A stretch of DNA of 64,000 bases from Dehalococcoidia bacterium. GTDB taxonomy: Bacteria; Chloroflexota; Dehalococcoidia; DSTF01; RBG-16-68-14. The DNA lies in the NCBI GenBank assembly GCA_040882355.1, contig JBBEBM010000029.1, positions 1 to 64,000 of the forward strand. The letters run 5' to 3'. The notes below the pieces were generated by a model that was not told the origin of the DNA, did no database searches, and worked only from the letters and a program-made list of their open reading frames with translations. The position numbers were made by a program, and so were the translations under genes. Of this stretch, positions 33,065-43,118 are shown piece after piece. Numbering within the stretch: position 1 is the first letter of the stretch; every line of letters starts with the position of its first letter.

Positions 33065-34033
33065 ATGATGAAGCTTCGCGCCGCCGTCATGGCGCTGGCC
33101 GGGTTCGCTGTCGTTCTGGCGTCGTCTTCCGCCGGGCTGGCGAAAGACGGGGTGCCGGGCTCCGGCCCCTTGCCACAGGGAACGAGCCCCGCGCCGATAG
33201 TGTGGATCGAGGGCCAGGGCGAGGCCTTCATGTGCTTCGATTCCTTTCCGCCAACCGCGATACCCGACACCAGCGGCATTGGTGTCCCTTGTAACATCAC
33301 GGCCAACAGGACAATTCAGGATCTCAACGTCTACCTGGACATCCCCCACACCTGGGTGGGCGACTTGAGCGTGCGGTTGGTGCACCAGGCAACAACCACC
33401 AGCGTGGTGATCATGGACAGGCCTGGCGTTCCCGCCACGATGTTTGGGTGTGCAGAGGACGATGTCGACGTCATGCTGAATGACGAGGGGACGGCGCCGG
33501 TGGAGACGTTCTGCGGCCCGGGCGCCCCGGCCATTCAGGGAGACCTGACTCCAAACAATGCGCTCTCCGCGTTCGACGGCGAGAACTTCACAGGCCCAGG
33601 CTACTGGGTGTTGGTGGTGGAGGATGGCAGGGCGGGCGACACCGGCATGCTGAACGACTGGTACTTGATTGACGCCGACGACGACCACGACGGCTGCACC
33701 GCCAGTAGGGAAGAGGGTGGCAACCCGCTCCTGGGCGGGCTCAGAGACCTGGACAACTTCTGGGACTTCTTTGATACGCCCGGCGTAGCCAACGTTCGCG
33801 ACCGGGCCATCTCCGCAGGCGATCTCGCCCGCGTCGTCGAGCGTTTCGGCAGCTCAGGCAGCAAGAGCATCGACCCGCTGGCGGCGCCCCCGCCGCCAAC
33901 CGCCTATCACACCGCATTCGACCGCACGCCGCCTGGCACAGCGCCCAACGGCATCGACCAGAGCGCCAACGGCTCGATCACCGTGCAGGACATCAGCGTC
34001 ATCGTCTCGCAGTTCGGCCACACCTGCGCGTAA
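33065..34033 (+). CDS. Secreted proprotein-convertase P-domain protein with a conserved C-terminal tail (flexitail-like)
   Basis: Signal peptide, HTWVGDL.V.L P-domain, tail DGC...RD...WDFFD...QFGHTCA. Confidence 0.75.
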   Translation: MMKLRAAVMALAGFAVVLASSSAGLAKDGVPGSGPLPQGTSPAPIVWIEGQGEAFMCFDSFPPTAIPDTSGIGVPCNITANRTIQDLNVYLDIPHTWVGDLSVRLVHQATTTSVVIMDRPGVPATMFGCAEDDVDVMLNDEGTAPVETFCGPGAPAIQGDLTPNNALSAFDGENFTGPGYWVLVVEDGRAGDTGMLNDWYLIDADDDHDGCTASREEGGNPLLGGLRDLDNFWDFFDTPGVANVRDRAISAGDLARVVERFGSSGSKSIDPLAAPPPPTAYHTAFDRTPPGTAPNGIDQSANGSITVQDISVIVSQFGHTCA

Positions 34034-34048
34034 GCGCGGAGCGTTGCA

Positions 34049-35389
34049 TTGACGAAGCCCGGCTTGGCAAAACTGCGCATCCTACCCCTCGTCGTCTTGC
34101 TGCTCGCGCTCGCCTCCGCATTAGGCACGCTGGACCCGGAAGCGGAGACCGCCGCGTCCCGGCCGGCACCCGCCAGCGATGCGCAACCCCTTGGCGTCGG
34201 TGACTCCTGCCGCGATTACGCCAGCGCGCCCGGCTCGCAGTCGATCCCTGATCCGGGCATGCTGATCGCCAACCTCAGCGTGCCCGACTCGCTCACGGTC
34301 TCCAGCGTGCAAGTCACGGTAAACATCACCCATCCGTCCGACGGCGAGCTTGACGTCTTCCTGCGGTCGCCGGCGGGCACGCTGGTGGAGCTGTTTTCCG
34401 GCGTCGGAGGCGCGGGGGCCAACTTCGTCAACACGACCCTGAACGACGCGGCCGCGACATCTATCACGGCGGGGGCTGCGCCCTTCACCGGGTCGTTCCG
34501 GCCGGAGGGCTCGCTGGCCGATCTCGCCGGTCTCACGTTTGCGGGGACGTGGCAGCTTCGCGTCACAGACGGCGCCGCGCCGAACTCGGGAACGCTCAAC
34601 TCCTGGTCGTTGACGCTCTGCAGCAGCATCCTCAACGACGCGTTCTCGGACGCAGTCGACATCTCGGACCCGCCGTCTACCTACGCGCAGTACACAGAGT
34701 CGGCCACGACGGCGTTTGACGACCCCGTCGTCGACTGCAACGGCACCGCATCCACGCACTCCAGGTCGGTGTGGTTTCGCCTGCAGTTGCCGGTCGGCGC
34801 GGTGGCCGAGATCACGACCAACGGGAGCAGCTACGATACCGTCCTGGCCGTCTTCACCGGCACGGCAGGCGCGCTCACCCAGGTGGCGTGCAACGACAAC
34901 GGCGGCATCGGTCTGCAGTCAACCGTCGGGCCGCTGTTCGTGCACGCCGGCGCCACGTACTACATCGAAGCCGTCGATTTCAACCTGAGCGGCGGCAGTC
35001 TTCTCCTCACGATGACTGCGAACTCGAATGGGGACCCGGACGGCGACGGGTGCACGAACGGCCAGGAGCTGGGTCCCCTGCCCGTCCTGGGCGGCGGTCG
35101 TGACCCGTTCATCTACTGGGACTTCTTCGACACGCCCAACGCGGCCAACGCGCGCGACGCCGCGATCACCGCTGGCGACCTCGCGCGTGTTGTCGAGCGT
35201 TTCGGCAGCTCAGGCGACAAGACGGTCGACCCGATGTCTGCGCCGCCGGCGCCGCCCGCCTACCACCCGGCGTTCGACCGGTCGCCGCCCGGCACGGCGC
35301 CCAACGCGCAGGAGCAGGGCCCGAACGGCTCGGTGACCGCTCAGGACATCGCGGTGATCGTCTCCCAGTTCGGCCACACCTGCGCGTAG
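34049..35389 (+). CDS. Secreted P-domain plus second beta-rich domain protein with the same C-terminal tail
   Basis: Signal peptide, THPSDGELDVFL P-domain, NDAF...SVWF...YDTVLAVF...CNDN domain, tail ending QFGHTCA. Confidence 0.75.
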   Translation: MTKPGLAKLRILPLVVLLLALASALGTLDPEAETAASRPAPASDAQPLGVGDSCRDYASAPGSQSIPDPGMLIANLSVPDSLTVSSVQVTVNITHPSDGELDVFLRSPAGTLVELFSGVGGAGANFVNTTLNDAAATSITAGAAPFTGSFRPEGSLADLAGLTFAGTWQLRVTDGAAPNSGTLNSWSLTLCSSILNDAFSDAVDISDPPSTYAQYTESATTAFDDPVVDCNGTASTHSRSVWFRLQLPVGAVAEITTNGSSYDTVLAVFTGTAGALTQVACNDNGGIGLQSTVGPLFVHAGATYYIEAVDFNLSGGSLLLTMTANSNGDPDGDGCTNGQELGPLPVLGGGRDPFIYWDFFDTPNAANARDAAITAGDLARVVERFGSSGDKTVDPMSAPPAPPAYHPAFDRSPPGTAPNAQEQGPNGSVTAQDIAVIVSQFGHTCA

Positions 35390-35531
35390 GCGCGGGTCTC
35401 ACCCATCCGCCACGGGCGGGGACACGCCCTCTTCGTACCGGGCTCGGCCACGGATGTTCTGCGCCCGGTAGCGGCGACTTTCAGGTCGCCACCAGCGCTG
35501 CGCCGGTAGGGGAGGCTCGCAAAGCCCGCCG

Positions 35532-36728
35532 CTAGCGCCGCTTGAGGAGGGCGAGCGCTCCGCCCGCTACCGCAGCGGCGCCGAAGATCGCCATCAACGG
35601 CCACCGTATCAACCACGCCTCGCTCGATGCGCCGGCCGCGCCCAGCACCGGCAGCTCGACCTCCGGCGTCGGCGTTGGGATCTGCTGGACGGCAAGGTCG
35701 ATGCGCTGGACGCCCGGTTGCCAGGTGACCCCTGCCTCGTTCTCGACGCCGTTCACGAGGAACGTCACGGTCGCGCCCGGCGTCCCGCAGCCCGGCTGGA
35801 CCGTGTCCGACGGCACGATCAGCTTCGAGAAGCCGGCGATGTCCGGCTCGACGGCGAAGCCGAACAGCGGCGGGTCCGTGCTGATGGTCGTCTCGCCGCA
35901 GACCGCGCCGTCCACGACCGCCCGCACAGTCGCGCCAGGCGGCAGCGTGGCGGTCGTGCCCTCCACCCAGTACCAGGCGTGCTCAGCCAGCGCCGACAGG
36001 TGCGCAATGTCGAACTGGACGCCCTCTTGTGACCCGAACGGTTCGAACGCGTACGTCTCGCCGGCCGGCACGCCACCGACCCGTAAGGCCACCGTCGCGC
36101 CGGGCGTCGCGCAGCCGGCGCGCTCGCTCTCGCCTAGGATGTGCAGCTCGAACAGCTCCGCGCCGCCGGCGGCAATCGTGGTGCCGCACTCCAGACCGTC
36201 CACCAGGGCCTCGATGGGTGTCCCCGCCGGCGCATAGTCGTCCTCGAGGATTGCGGCCCCAGTGACGACGGCAACGTCCTCCTCGCGCGCGCCGATGTCG
36301 ACGGTCGTGTCAGCGCCGCTCTGCACTGTCACCGGCCCCAGTTCCGCCGTGGCCCGCCAGGGAAACGTAACGTTCACGCAGAAGCTGTGCGGAAACGGGT
36401 CGAACGACGCGGCTCCATCGCCGCAGAGCCCACCGCCTGCATTCAGAGACACTTCGAGCGTGTAGTCGCCGGGCGGAAGGTTGCTCACGATGAACGCGCC
36501 GGTTCCGTCGCTCGCGTCGGTACCGATGACGGTATCGCCAAGGACGACGGTGACGCGCCGGTTCGCGACGCCTGGCTCGCCCGCGTCGCGCGTACCGTCG
36601 CCATCCATGTCGCGGAAGACCACGCCCGAAACCGAGCCGGGCACCGGTCCGGCGGTCGCGCTCGGCGCCCCGAAGAGCGCAAGGGCGATACTGAGTAGGG
36701 GCGGCAGCAGTCGGGTCGCGGTCTTCAT
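35532..36728 (-). CDS. Secreted SdrD-B-like domain protein with an LPxxG-TM-basic sorting signal
   Basis: SGVVFRDMDGDGTRDAGEPG, an internal repeat (A.VDG..CG.T...GC.TPGATV), C-terminal LPVLG + TM + KRR. Confidence 0.75.
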   Translation of the reverse strand: MKTATRLLPPLLSIALALFGAPSATAGPVPGSVSGVVFRDMDGDGTRDAGEPGVANRRVTVVLGDTVIGTDASDGTGAFIVSNLPPGDYTLEVSLNAGGGLCGDGAASFDPFPHSFCVNVTFPWRATAELGPVTVQSGADTTVDIGAREEDVAVVTGAAILEDDYAPAGTPIEALVDGLECGTTIAAGGAELFELHILGESERAGCATPGATVALRVGGVPAGETYAFEPFGSQEGVQFDIAHLSALAEHAWYWVEGTTATLPPGATVRAVVDGAVCGETTISTDPPLFGFAVEPDIAGFSKLIVPSDTVQPGCGTPGATVTFLVNGVENEAGVTWQPGVQRIDLAVQQIPTPTPEVELPVLGAAGASSEAWLIRWPLMAIFGAAAVAGGALALLKRR

Positions 36729-36982
36729 AGGGACGCCCTCCCGTGGTCGGCTGGCCACCAGTCTACACCCACGAGGGACCCTTTGTCCCTATGAACAACC
36801 TCCGCAAGAGTGGCCAGTTCGGAGGTAGTGCCACTCCTCGTCAGCAGGTCGCGATGCAGATAAACGGCTAAGCGGCTTGATCGTTACAGCAGTTGCGGCT
36901 AGGCTTGCTGAAGACATTGGGACGAGGCGGCCATTGGACCTGTGTAGCGGATTAGGCGAGGGCTCGCTGGAGGTGCGCCGAC

Positions 36983-37957
36983 ATGGTGAAACTGGGAAGT
37001 GTTTTGCTGATGATGCTTGGGCTGCTGCTAGCGCGGGGCATCGTTTCAAACGGCATCGCTCAGGAGGCCAAGGAAAGCGCCGGCCATGCCGTCCCGGCAG
37101 CGGCGCCGGGCGGCCCGCTCCCGGCCGGGCTGATCGAAGGCCAAGGCGAGGTCTTCCCATGCGGCCCGGCGGTGCCGGCGGCCATTCCGGATAACAACGC
37201 AGCAGGCGTCACTTCTCAGTGCGTCCTGACCGACTCCCGGACGATCGTCGACCTCAACGTGTACCTGTATGCCACGCACCCCTGGGTGGGAGACCTCAAG
37301 GTAACGCTCACCCACGTCGATACGGGAACCAGCGTGTTGATCATAGACCGGCCGGGCGTACCGGTCAGCACCTTCGGCTGCTCGGCTGACAACGTCGACG
37401 TCATGCTGAATGATGAAGGCGCTCCGTTCGTCGAGACCTTCTGCGGCCCGGGCGCGCCTGCTATCCGCGGCAATCTCATCCCGAACAATACGCTCTCGGA
37501 CTTCGACGGCCAGAGCCTTGGCGGCACCTGGCGGCTGACCATCAGCGACAACGCAGCGGGGGACACCGGCACGCTGGACGGCTGGTTCCTGCTTGACCCG
37601 GACGACGACGCGGACGGCTGCATCGCAACGGCGGAGGCCGGCCTGAACCCGCTCCTGGGCGGTCTCCGAGATCCGAACAACTTCTGGGACTTCTTCGACA
37701 CGCCGGATGGGAGTAACGTTCGCGATGCCGCCATCACCGCTGGCGACCTGGCGCGGGTGGTAGCGCGCTTCGGCAGCTCCGGAGACAAAGCCGGCGACCC
37801 GCTTTCGATGCCGCCTCCACCGACCGCCTACCACACCGCGTTCGACCGCACATCGCCCGGCCAGACACCAAACGGAGTCGAGCAGGGGCCGAACGGCTCG
37901 GTGACCGCGCAGGACATCGCGGTGATCGTCTCCCAGTTCGGTCACACCTGCGCGTAG
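36983..37957 (+). CDS. Secreted P-domain protein with the conserved C-terminal tail (paralogue of 33065)
   Basis: Closely similar P-domain (DRPGVP...FGC..D.VDVMLNDEG..VETFCGPGAPAI); ends QFGHTCA. Confidence 0.75.
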   Translation: MVKLGSVLLMMLGLLLARGIVSNGIAQEAKESAGHAVPAAAPGGPLPAGLIEGQGEVFPCGPAVPAAIPDNNAAGVTSQCVLTDSRTIVDLNVYLYATHPWVGDLKVTLTHVDTGTSVLIIDRPGVPVSTFGCSADNVDVMLNDEGAPFVETFCGPGAPAIRGNLIPNNTLSDFDGQSLGGTWRLTISDNAAGDTGTLDGWFLLDPDDDADGCIATAEAGLNPLLGGLRDPNNFWDFFDTPDGSNVRDAAITAGDLARVVARFGSSGDKAGDPLSMPPPPTAYHTAFDRTSPGQTPNGVEQGPNGSVTAQDIAVIVSQFGHTCA

Positions 37958-38188
37958 GCGCGGTCTCACTTGTCCGCCACGGGCGGGGACACGCCCTCTT
38001 CGTACCGGGCTCGGCCACGGATGTTCTGGTCCGGTAGCGGCGACCGGAACTTGTCCGCGTCCGGCGTCGCTCGCGGAGCGCGCCCGCCGTCCCTCTGTCA
38101 CCCTGAGGCGTAGCCGAAGGGTCTGGCCCTCGACGATTGACGCGGTTGTGCCGCCGGGCCCTTCGCGTTCTCGCGCCCGTGCCGTAAC

Positions 38189-38337
38189 CTAGCAGGGTGC
38201 TGAAAAACGGGGTGCAGGGGGCAGCGCCCCATGCCGGGGGGTCTGGGGGGTGTCCCCCCAGATTCACCAATACTCCCCTGGGCGGGCGGGTGGGAACGAA
38301 TGACATTGGTTCTTGGGCTTTTTCAGCACCCTGCTAG
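38189..38337. mobile_element. Complete 141-bp MITE-like element (38193-38333) flanked by CTAG on both sides
   Basis: Perfect 15-bp inverted ends CAGGGTGCTGAAAAA/TTTTTCAGCACCCTG; no coding capacity. Confidence 0.8.
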
Positions 38338-38499
38338 ACCTCGATAACCAGGGGCGGGCATGCCCCGCTGCAGCGGGCCCGCGCCGAATTCAGGTCGACG
38401 AGGCGCTCAGCCATGCGCGGCGAAGAGCACGATTCTTGCCAAGCCAAATGCCACCTTCCGGCCCCGGTCCACCTGTTCCCGGCCTGCCCTGTCGCAGAG

Positions 38500-38572
38500 C
38501 CTGCCCTGAGCCTGCCCTTGAGCGCAGCGAAGGGAGCGCAGCGAAGGGCCTGCGCGAGAGCCTGTCGAATGG
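38500..38572. repeat. Nested REP-like modules
   Basis: CCTGCCCTGAG[CCTGCCCTTGAGCGCAGCGAAGGG]AGCGCAGCGAAGGG. Confidence 0.6.
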
Positions 38573-38600
38573 TCCTGGTTCCGCCACCGAAGGGAGCTGC

Positions 38601-39374
38601 CTACTGGTGCCGCGTCGAGAGGCCGCCGTCGACCGGAATCACCGCGCCCGTGAGGTAGGCGCCAGCCTTCGACGCCAGGTAGATCGCCGTGCCCGCCACG
38701 TCCTCCGGCCGCCCGATGCGCCCCAGCGGGCACGACGCGCGGATCTGGTCGCCGAAGCGTCGCAGCGTCTCCGCCATCATCTGGCTCTCGAACGGCCCGG
38801 GCGCGACCGCGTTCACGGTGATCCGCTGCGACGCCAGGCGGTGCGCCAGCGTCCGCGTGAGCTGGTGTACCGCGGCCTTGCTCGCGGAGTAGGCGTACGT
38901 CTCCGGCGCTGGCGCCTGGATCCCGTCGATCGAACCGATGTTGATCACCCGTGCCGGGTCGTCGTCCGAGGCCGCCTTCTCCAGCAGCGGCACGAGGAAG
39001 CGCGTCAGGTGAAACGCCGCCTTCACGTTCAGGTTCATCACCTTGTCCCAGCCGGCGTCAGGGTACTCGGCCAGCGGCGCTGCCCAGTTCGCGCCGGCGT
39101 TGTTCAGGAGGATGTGGAGCCGCTCCTCGCGATCGCCGATCTGGTCGGCGAGCTGGCGGCACCCGGCCTCGGTGCCCAGGTCCGCGGGCAGCGAAACGCA
39201 TGCGCCCGCCTGCGAAAGCTCGGCGGCCACCGCATCGCAGACCTCGGCCTTGCGCGACGAGACGTAGACCTTCGCTCCCGCCTCGACGAAGCCCCGCGCG
39301 ATCATCAGGCCGATGCCCCGCGAGCCGCCGGTCACCAGCGCGACCTTACCCTCGATGGAAAACAGATCGCTCAT
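38601..39374 (-). CDS. SDR-family oxidoreductase
   Basis: TGGSRGIG, NNAG, YSASK, VNAVAPG. Confidence 0.92.
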   Translation of the reverse strand: MSDLFSIEGKVALVTGGSRGIGLMIARGFVEAGAKVYVSSRKAEVCDAVAAELSQAGACVSLPADLGTEAGCRQLADQIGDREERLHILLNNAGANWAAPLAEYPDAGWDKVMNLNVKAAFHLTRFLVPLLEKAASDDDPARVINIGSIDGIQAPAPETYAYSASKAAVHQLTRTLAHRLASQRITVNAVAPGPFESQMMAETLRRFGDQIRASCPLGRIGRPEDVAGTAIYLASKAGAYLTGAVIPVDGGLSTRHQ

Positions 39375-39465
39375 GCTCAGTCCTTCCACTATTGATATTG
39401 CGCTTCTAGTGGCGCCAGCGCCTCCTCGGTCGCGCCGTACTCCCTGGCGAACGCGGCGAGCCCCG

Positions 39466-39951
39466 TCACGGCGAGCTCTGCGCTGCCTGCGCCATCCCCT
39501 CGCGCCACGGGACGCACAGCCCGGCGAAGTGCTTCAAGGCGCCGCTCTTCACCACGATCGCCTCTGGCTCGAACACCGTGGCGTACATCGTCAGCATGGC
39601 GATCACGTCCAGCAGCGAGCGGTACCCCGAGAAGCCGGACACGTCGATGTAGATCTTCGAGAACGTCTCGCCCAGGGCCTGCGCCGCTCGCAGATTGAAG
39701 ACGTCCAGCACCTCGAAGCGGAGGTCGGGGTGCTTCGCTCTCGCGCGCTCGATGCACTCCGCGCTCACGTCGGTGCCGATCACGTCCTCGCACGCCTGTG
39801 CCAGCAGCGTGGTCGTCGTGCCCCACTCGCACCCGACCTCGAGGATGACGTCATCGGGCGTCACCCACACGGGGATCGTCGCGCGATACTCCGCGACGTT
39901 TCTCGTGGCGACGAACTTCGTCCGCAGCTTGAACTGCCGTTCGTTGGGCAT
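39466..39951 (-). CDS. Class I SAM-dependent methyltransferase
   Basis: ILEVGCEWG and GTDVS motifs. Confidence 0.75.
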   Translation of the reverse strand: MPNERQFKLRTKFVATRNVAEYRATIPVWVTPDDVILEVGCEWGTTTTLLAQACEDVIGTDVSAECIERARAKHPDLRFEVLDVFNLRAAQALGETFSKIYIDVSGFSGYRSLLDVIAMLTMYATVFEPEAIVVKSGALKHFAGLCVPWREGMAQAAQSSP

Positions 39952-40002
39952 GACGCACCCACTCTAGCTTCCCACGTGTACGGCGTCCACTTGTATGAAG
40001 CG

Positions 40003-40623
40003 CTAATCGGACGATACGGTAGCGTCCGGGTGTCGTGCGCTCATGAGGTAGCCGCCGAATCCCGCGAGCCAGAGCGTGACAGGATAAGCGGTCCATCGCT
40101 CCATGCCGCCGTCACCCAGCACCGGGCCCAGCACGCCGGCGAGCGCGAGCGACAGGAGTGAGACGACACCCAGCGCGGCCGCGATGTATCGGAACGGTGC
40201 TGCCAGCACGCCATACGACATGGCAGCCGCCACGCCGCCCGACACGAGAGCCAGCAGAGCGAACATCGCGTGGATGTCCGAGTAGTTGCTCGGAAAGACG
40301 CCCACGCCGACCAGGCCGATGCCTAGCAGCGAAAGGGGAAGCGTGACCGCCCAGCGCCTGTATGTCCGATGCACGAATACCGCGCCCAGGCCGATAGCCG
40401 CACCCGAAACGACCATCGCCGTGTTGAAGATCGCCGCCGATGGCTGATGGGTGACGCTGTGCTCGCCACCTGGTGCGCCCAGGTCGCTGATGTCGTTCGT
40501 GGCGGTGCTGTAACCTTTGGGGTAACGTGCCTCGGCCGTAATGATGCCCATGAGCGTCGCGAACGCGGCGACGAACAGCAGCGCTCCGCTGACCTTGCGA
40601 CGTTCTCGGAGGAGTCGTTCCAA
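40003..40623 (-). CDS. DUF998-family membrane protein
   Basis: YS...ISDLG, GVGVFP, H, GGMERW motifs. Confidence 0.75.
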   Translation of the reverse strand: MERLLRERRKVSGALLFVAAFATLMGIITAEARYPKGYSTATNDISDLGAPGGEHSVTHQPSAAIFNTAMVVSGAAIGLGAVFVHRTYRRWAVTLPLSLLGIGLVGVGVFPSNYSDIHAMFALLALVSGGVAAAMSYGVLAAPFRYIAAALGVVSLLSLALAGVLGPVLGDGGMERWTAYPVTLWLAGFGGYLMSARHPDATVSSD

Positions 40624-41052
40624 CTATTCTCCCATCACGGCCACGTCCACGGCGCGAGTTCGCGGCTCGAACAGCTCGACAAGGAACAGGCGCTGCCAGG
40701 TACCAAGGTCGAGCTTGCCGTTGCGTACCGGCGCCCAGGTCGACTCGCCGAAGACCATCATCTGCGCCAGGTGCGCGACCGCGTTCTCGGCGCCTTCGTA
40801 GGAGTGACGGTACTTCCGGTTGAGCGGGAACTGCTCGCGCAGCAGCTCCAGGCAGTCCCCATGGATCGACGGGTCGCCTTCGGTGCAGGTGAGGGCCGCT
40901 GTGGTGTGGCGGCTGCGCAATAGCGCCATGCCCTCGCGCACACCCGACGCCTCCACCTCGCGCTGCACCGCATCGGTGATGTCAACGAACTGCGGCGCCT
41001 GCGCTGTTGCGACTGAGACCTGTCGCAGCGAGATCATGGTTGCATCCTCCAT
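40624..41052 (-). CDS. yjbQ: YjbQ/UPF0047 family protein
   Basis: DIT, HTTAAL, AH and LGTWQ..FLVE motifs. Confidence 0.85.
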   Translation of the reverse strand: MEDATMISLRQVSVATAQAPQFVDITDAVQREVEASGVREGMALLRSRHTTAALTCTEGDPSIHGDCLELLREQFPLNRKYRHSYEGAENAVAHLAQMMVFGESTWAPVRNGKLDLGTWQRLFLVELFEPRTRAVDVAVMGE

Positions 41053-41106
41053 GGAAGGGAATGGAAGCGAGTCTCGTCTATTGTAGGGAGGATGTGCCGT
41101 GTGAGC

Positions 41107-42591
41107 CTACGGCAGGTCTGTCTCGCCCATGAGGTAGCGGTCGCACTCGCGGGCCGCCTGCCGGCCCTCCGCGATCGCCCAGACGATAAGCGACTGGCCG
41201 CGACGCATATCGCCCGCCGCGAAGACGCCCGGCACGCTCGTCGCGAACTCGCCGAACTCCGCCTTCGCGTTCGAGCGCTCGTCCCGCTCGACGCCGAGCT
41301 GGTCCAGCACCGTCTCCTCCGGGCCCAGGAAGCCCATCGCCAGCAGCACGAGCTGCGCCGGCCAGACCTTCTCGCTGCCGGGAACCTCCCTCATCGTCGG
41401 GCGAGCGCCATTCTCGCTCACCCACTCCACCTCGACAGTGTGCAGCTCTTTGAGCTGCTCCTGCTCGTCGGCGGCGAAGCGCTTGGTCGTGATGCAGTAG
41501 CGGCGCGGGTCGTCGCCGAAGACTGCGGCGGCTTCCGCCTGGGCGTAATCGAGCAGGTAGACGCGTGGCCATTGCGGCCAGGGGTTGTCCGGCGCGCGCT
41601 CCAGCGGCGGCTTGGGCAGGATCTCGAACTGGGTCAGGCTGCGGCAGCCGTGGCGCATGGCCGTGCCGACGCAGTCCGTGCCCGTGTCGCCGCCGCCGAT
41701 CACGATCACGTCCTTGTCCTTCGCGGAGATGTACAGGCCGTCGGCATGCTGGCTATCGAGCAGGCTCTTCGTGTTCGCGTGAAGGAACTCCATCGCGAAG
41801 TGGACGCCAGGCAGCTCGCGTCCCTCGATCGGCAGGTCGCGCGGCTTCGTGGCGCCGCCGCAGAGCACGAGGGCGTCAAACTCGTCGCGCAGCTTGTCGG
41901 CTGGCCGGTCCCTGCCGATCTCCGTGTTGGTGACGAACGTCACGCCTTCCGCGGCCATCAGGTCGATCCGGCGTTGGACGGTCGCCTTGTCGAGCTTCAT
42001 GTTCGGGATGCCGTACATGAGCAGCCCGCCGATCCGGTCGTCCCGTTCAAACACGGTGACGGAGTGGCCGGCGCGGTTGAGCTGAGCCGCGCACGCCAGG
42101 CCCGCCGGCCCGGAGCCGACGACCGCCACCTTCTTGCCCGTGCGTTTCTCCGGCGGCTCCGCTACCACCCAGCCTTGCTCGAACCCGTGGTCGATGATCG
42201 CGCACTCGATGCTCTTGATCGTGACGGGGGGCTCGCTGATGCCGAGCACGCAGGATCCCTCGCAGGGCGCCGGGCAGACGCGGCCCGTGAACTCCGGGAA
42301 GTTGTTCGTCTTGTGCAGCCGCTCCAACGCCTCTTGCCAGAGCCCTCGGTAGACCAGGTCGTTCCACTCCGGGATCAGGTTGTTGATCGGGCAACCGCTC
42401 GCCATGCCGTTGAGCAGCGTGCCGGTGTGGCAGAACGGAATGCCGCAGTCCATGCAGCGGGCGCCCTGCTCGCGCAGCTTCGACGTGTCTAGGTGCTCGT
42501 GGAACTCCAGCCAGTCGCGCACGCGTTCGCCCGGCGGACGCGACGGAGGCGCCTCCCGCAGGTACTCCAAAAACCCGGTTGGCTTACCCAT
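41107..42591 (-). CDS. gltD: Glutamate synthase small subunit
   Basis: [56 protein letters not shown]. Confidence 0.96.
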   Translation of the reverse strand: MGKPTGFLEYLREAPPSRPPGERVRDWLEFHEHLDTSKLREQGARCMDCGIPFCHTGTLLNGMASGCPINNLIPEWNDLVYRGLWQEALERLHKTNNFPEFTGRVCPAPCEGSCVLGISEPPVTIKSIECAIIDHGFEQGWVVAEPPEKRTGKKVAVVGSGPAGLACAAQLNRAGHSVTVFERDDRIGGLLMYGIPNMKLDKATVQRRIDLMAAEGVTFVTNTEIGRDRPADKLRDEFDALVLCGGATKPRDLPIEGRELPGVHFAMEFLHANTKSLLDSQHADGLYISAKDKDVIVIGGGDTGTDCVGTAMRHGCRSLTQFEILPKPPLERAPDNPWPQWPRVYLLDYAQAEAAAVFGDDPRRYCITTKRFAADEQEQLKELHTVEVEWVSENGARPTMREVPGSEKVWPAQLVLLAMGFLGPEETVLDQLGVERDERSNAKAEFGEFATSVPGVFAAGDMRRGQSLIVWAIAEGRQAARECDRYLMGETDLP

Positions 42592-42599
42592 CTACGTTC

Positions 42600-43118
42600 C
42601 TAAGATGCCGCTCGCCTCGTTACAGGCGCGTTCTCCCTCGCGAACTGCTCCATCCACGCTCGCTGCTCGGCTGTGTCCGGCACCGGGCAGCCGCGTGCCG
42701 CACCGATACCCTCGAACGCCGTGGCGACGTCGATTCCTGACATGGCCAGCACACACGCGGCAAGCAGCGGCGACCTCCCGACGCCTCCACGACAGTGCGT
42801 CGCCACGCCCTTCCCATCAGCGAGCGACGTTGTGATGCGCTCAACCAGCGCAGCAGTAGCGCGAATAGAGGCTGGCACGCTGTAGTCCTGGATAGGAAAC
42901 AATACGTATTCGATCCCATGAGCGCCGCAGCGATCTTCCTCTCGGGCAAGGTCGAGTTCCGCGATCTCACTCGCCGTAAGCGCCGAGACGAGCATGTCGA
43001 CGCCCGCCTCTCGGAGAGCCTCGATCTCGTCTTCGAGCCAATCTCCTCCGCGCGGGCGCGGTACCACAGCGAGGCGCCCCTTCCACGGGCCTGATACTTC
43101 CCAGAGTGTCGCGTTCAC
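42600..43118 (-). CDS. Cys-based (dual-specificity/PTP-like) phosphatase
   Basis: FPIQDYSVP and the HCRGGVGRS CX5R motif, VPDT.EQ. Confidence 0.85.
   Translation of the reverse strand: MNATLWEVSGPWKGRLAVVPRPRGGDWLEDEIEALREAGVDMLVSALTASEIAELDLAREEDRCGAHGIEYVLFPIQDYSVPASIRATAALVERITTSLADGKGVATHCRGGVGRSPLLAACVLAMSGIDVATAFEGIGAARGCPVPDTAEQRAWMEQFARENAPVTRRAAS

Noticed and set aside
38313..39395. ORFs starting in MITE copies (MGFFSTLL..., MPGGLG...)
   Set aside because: These are translations of repeat DNA extending antisense to, or upstream of, real genes.
39389..39832. 147-aa minus-strand ORF overlapping the methyltransferase
   Set aside because: Alternative frame of 39466-39951 with no motif. 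A frameshifted C-terminus cannot be excluded but is unsupported.
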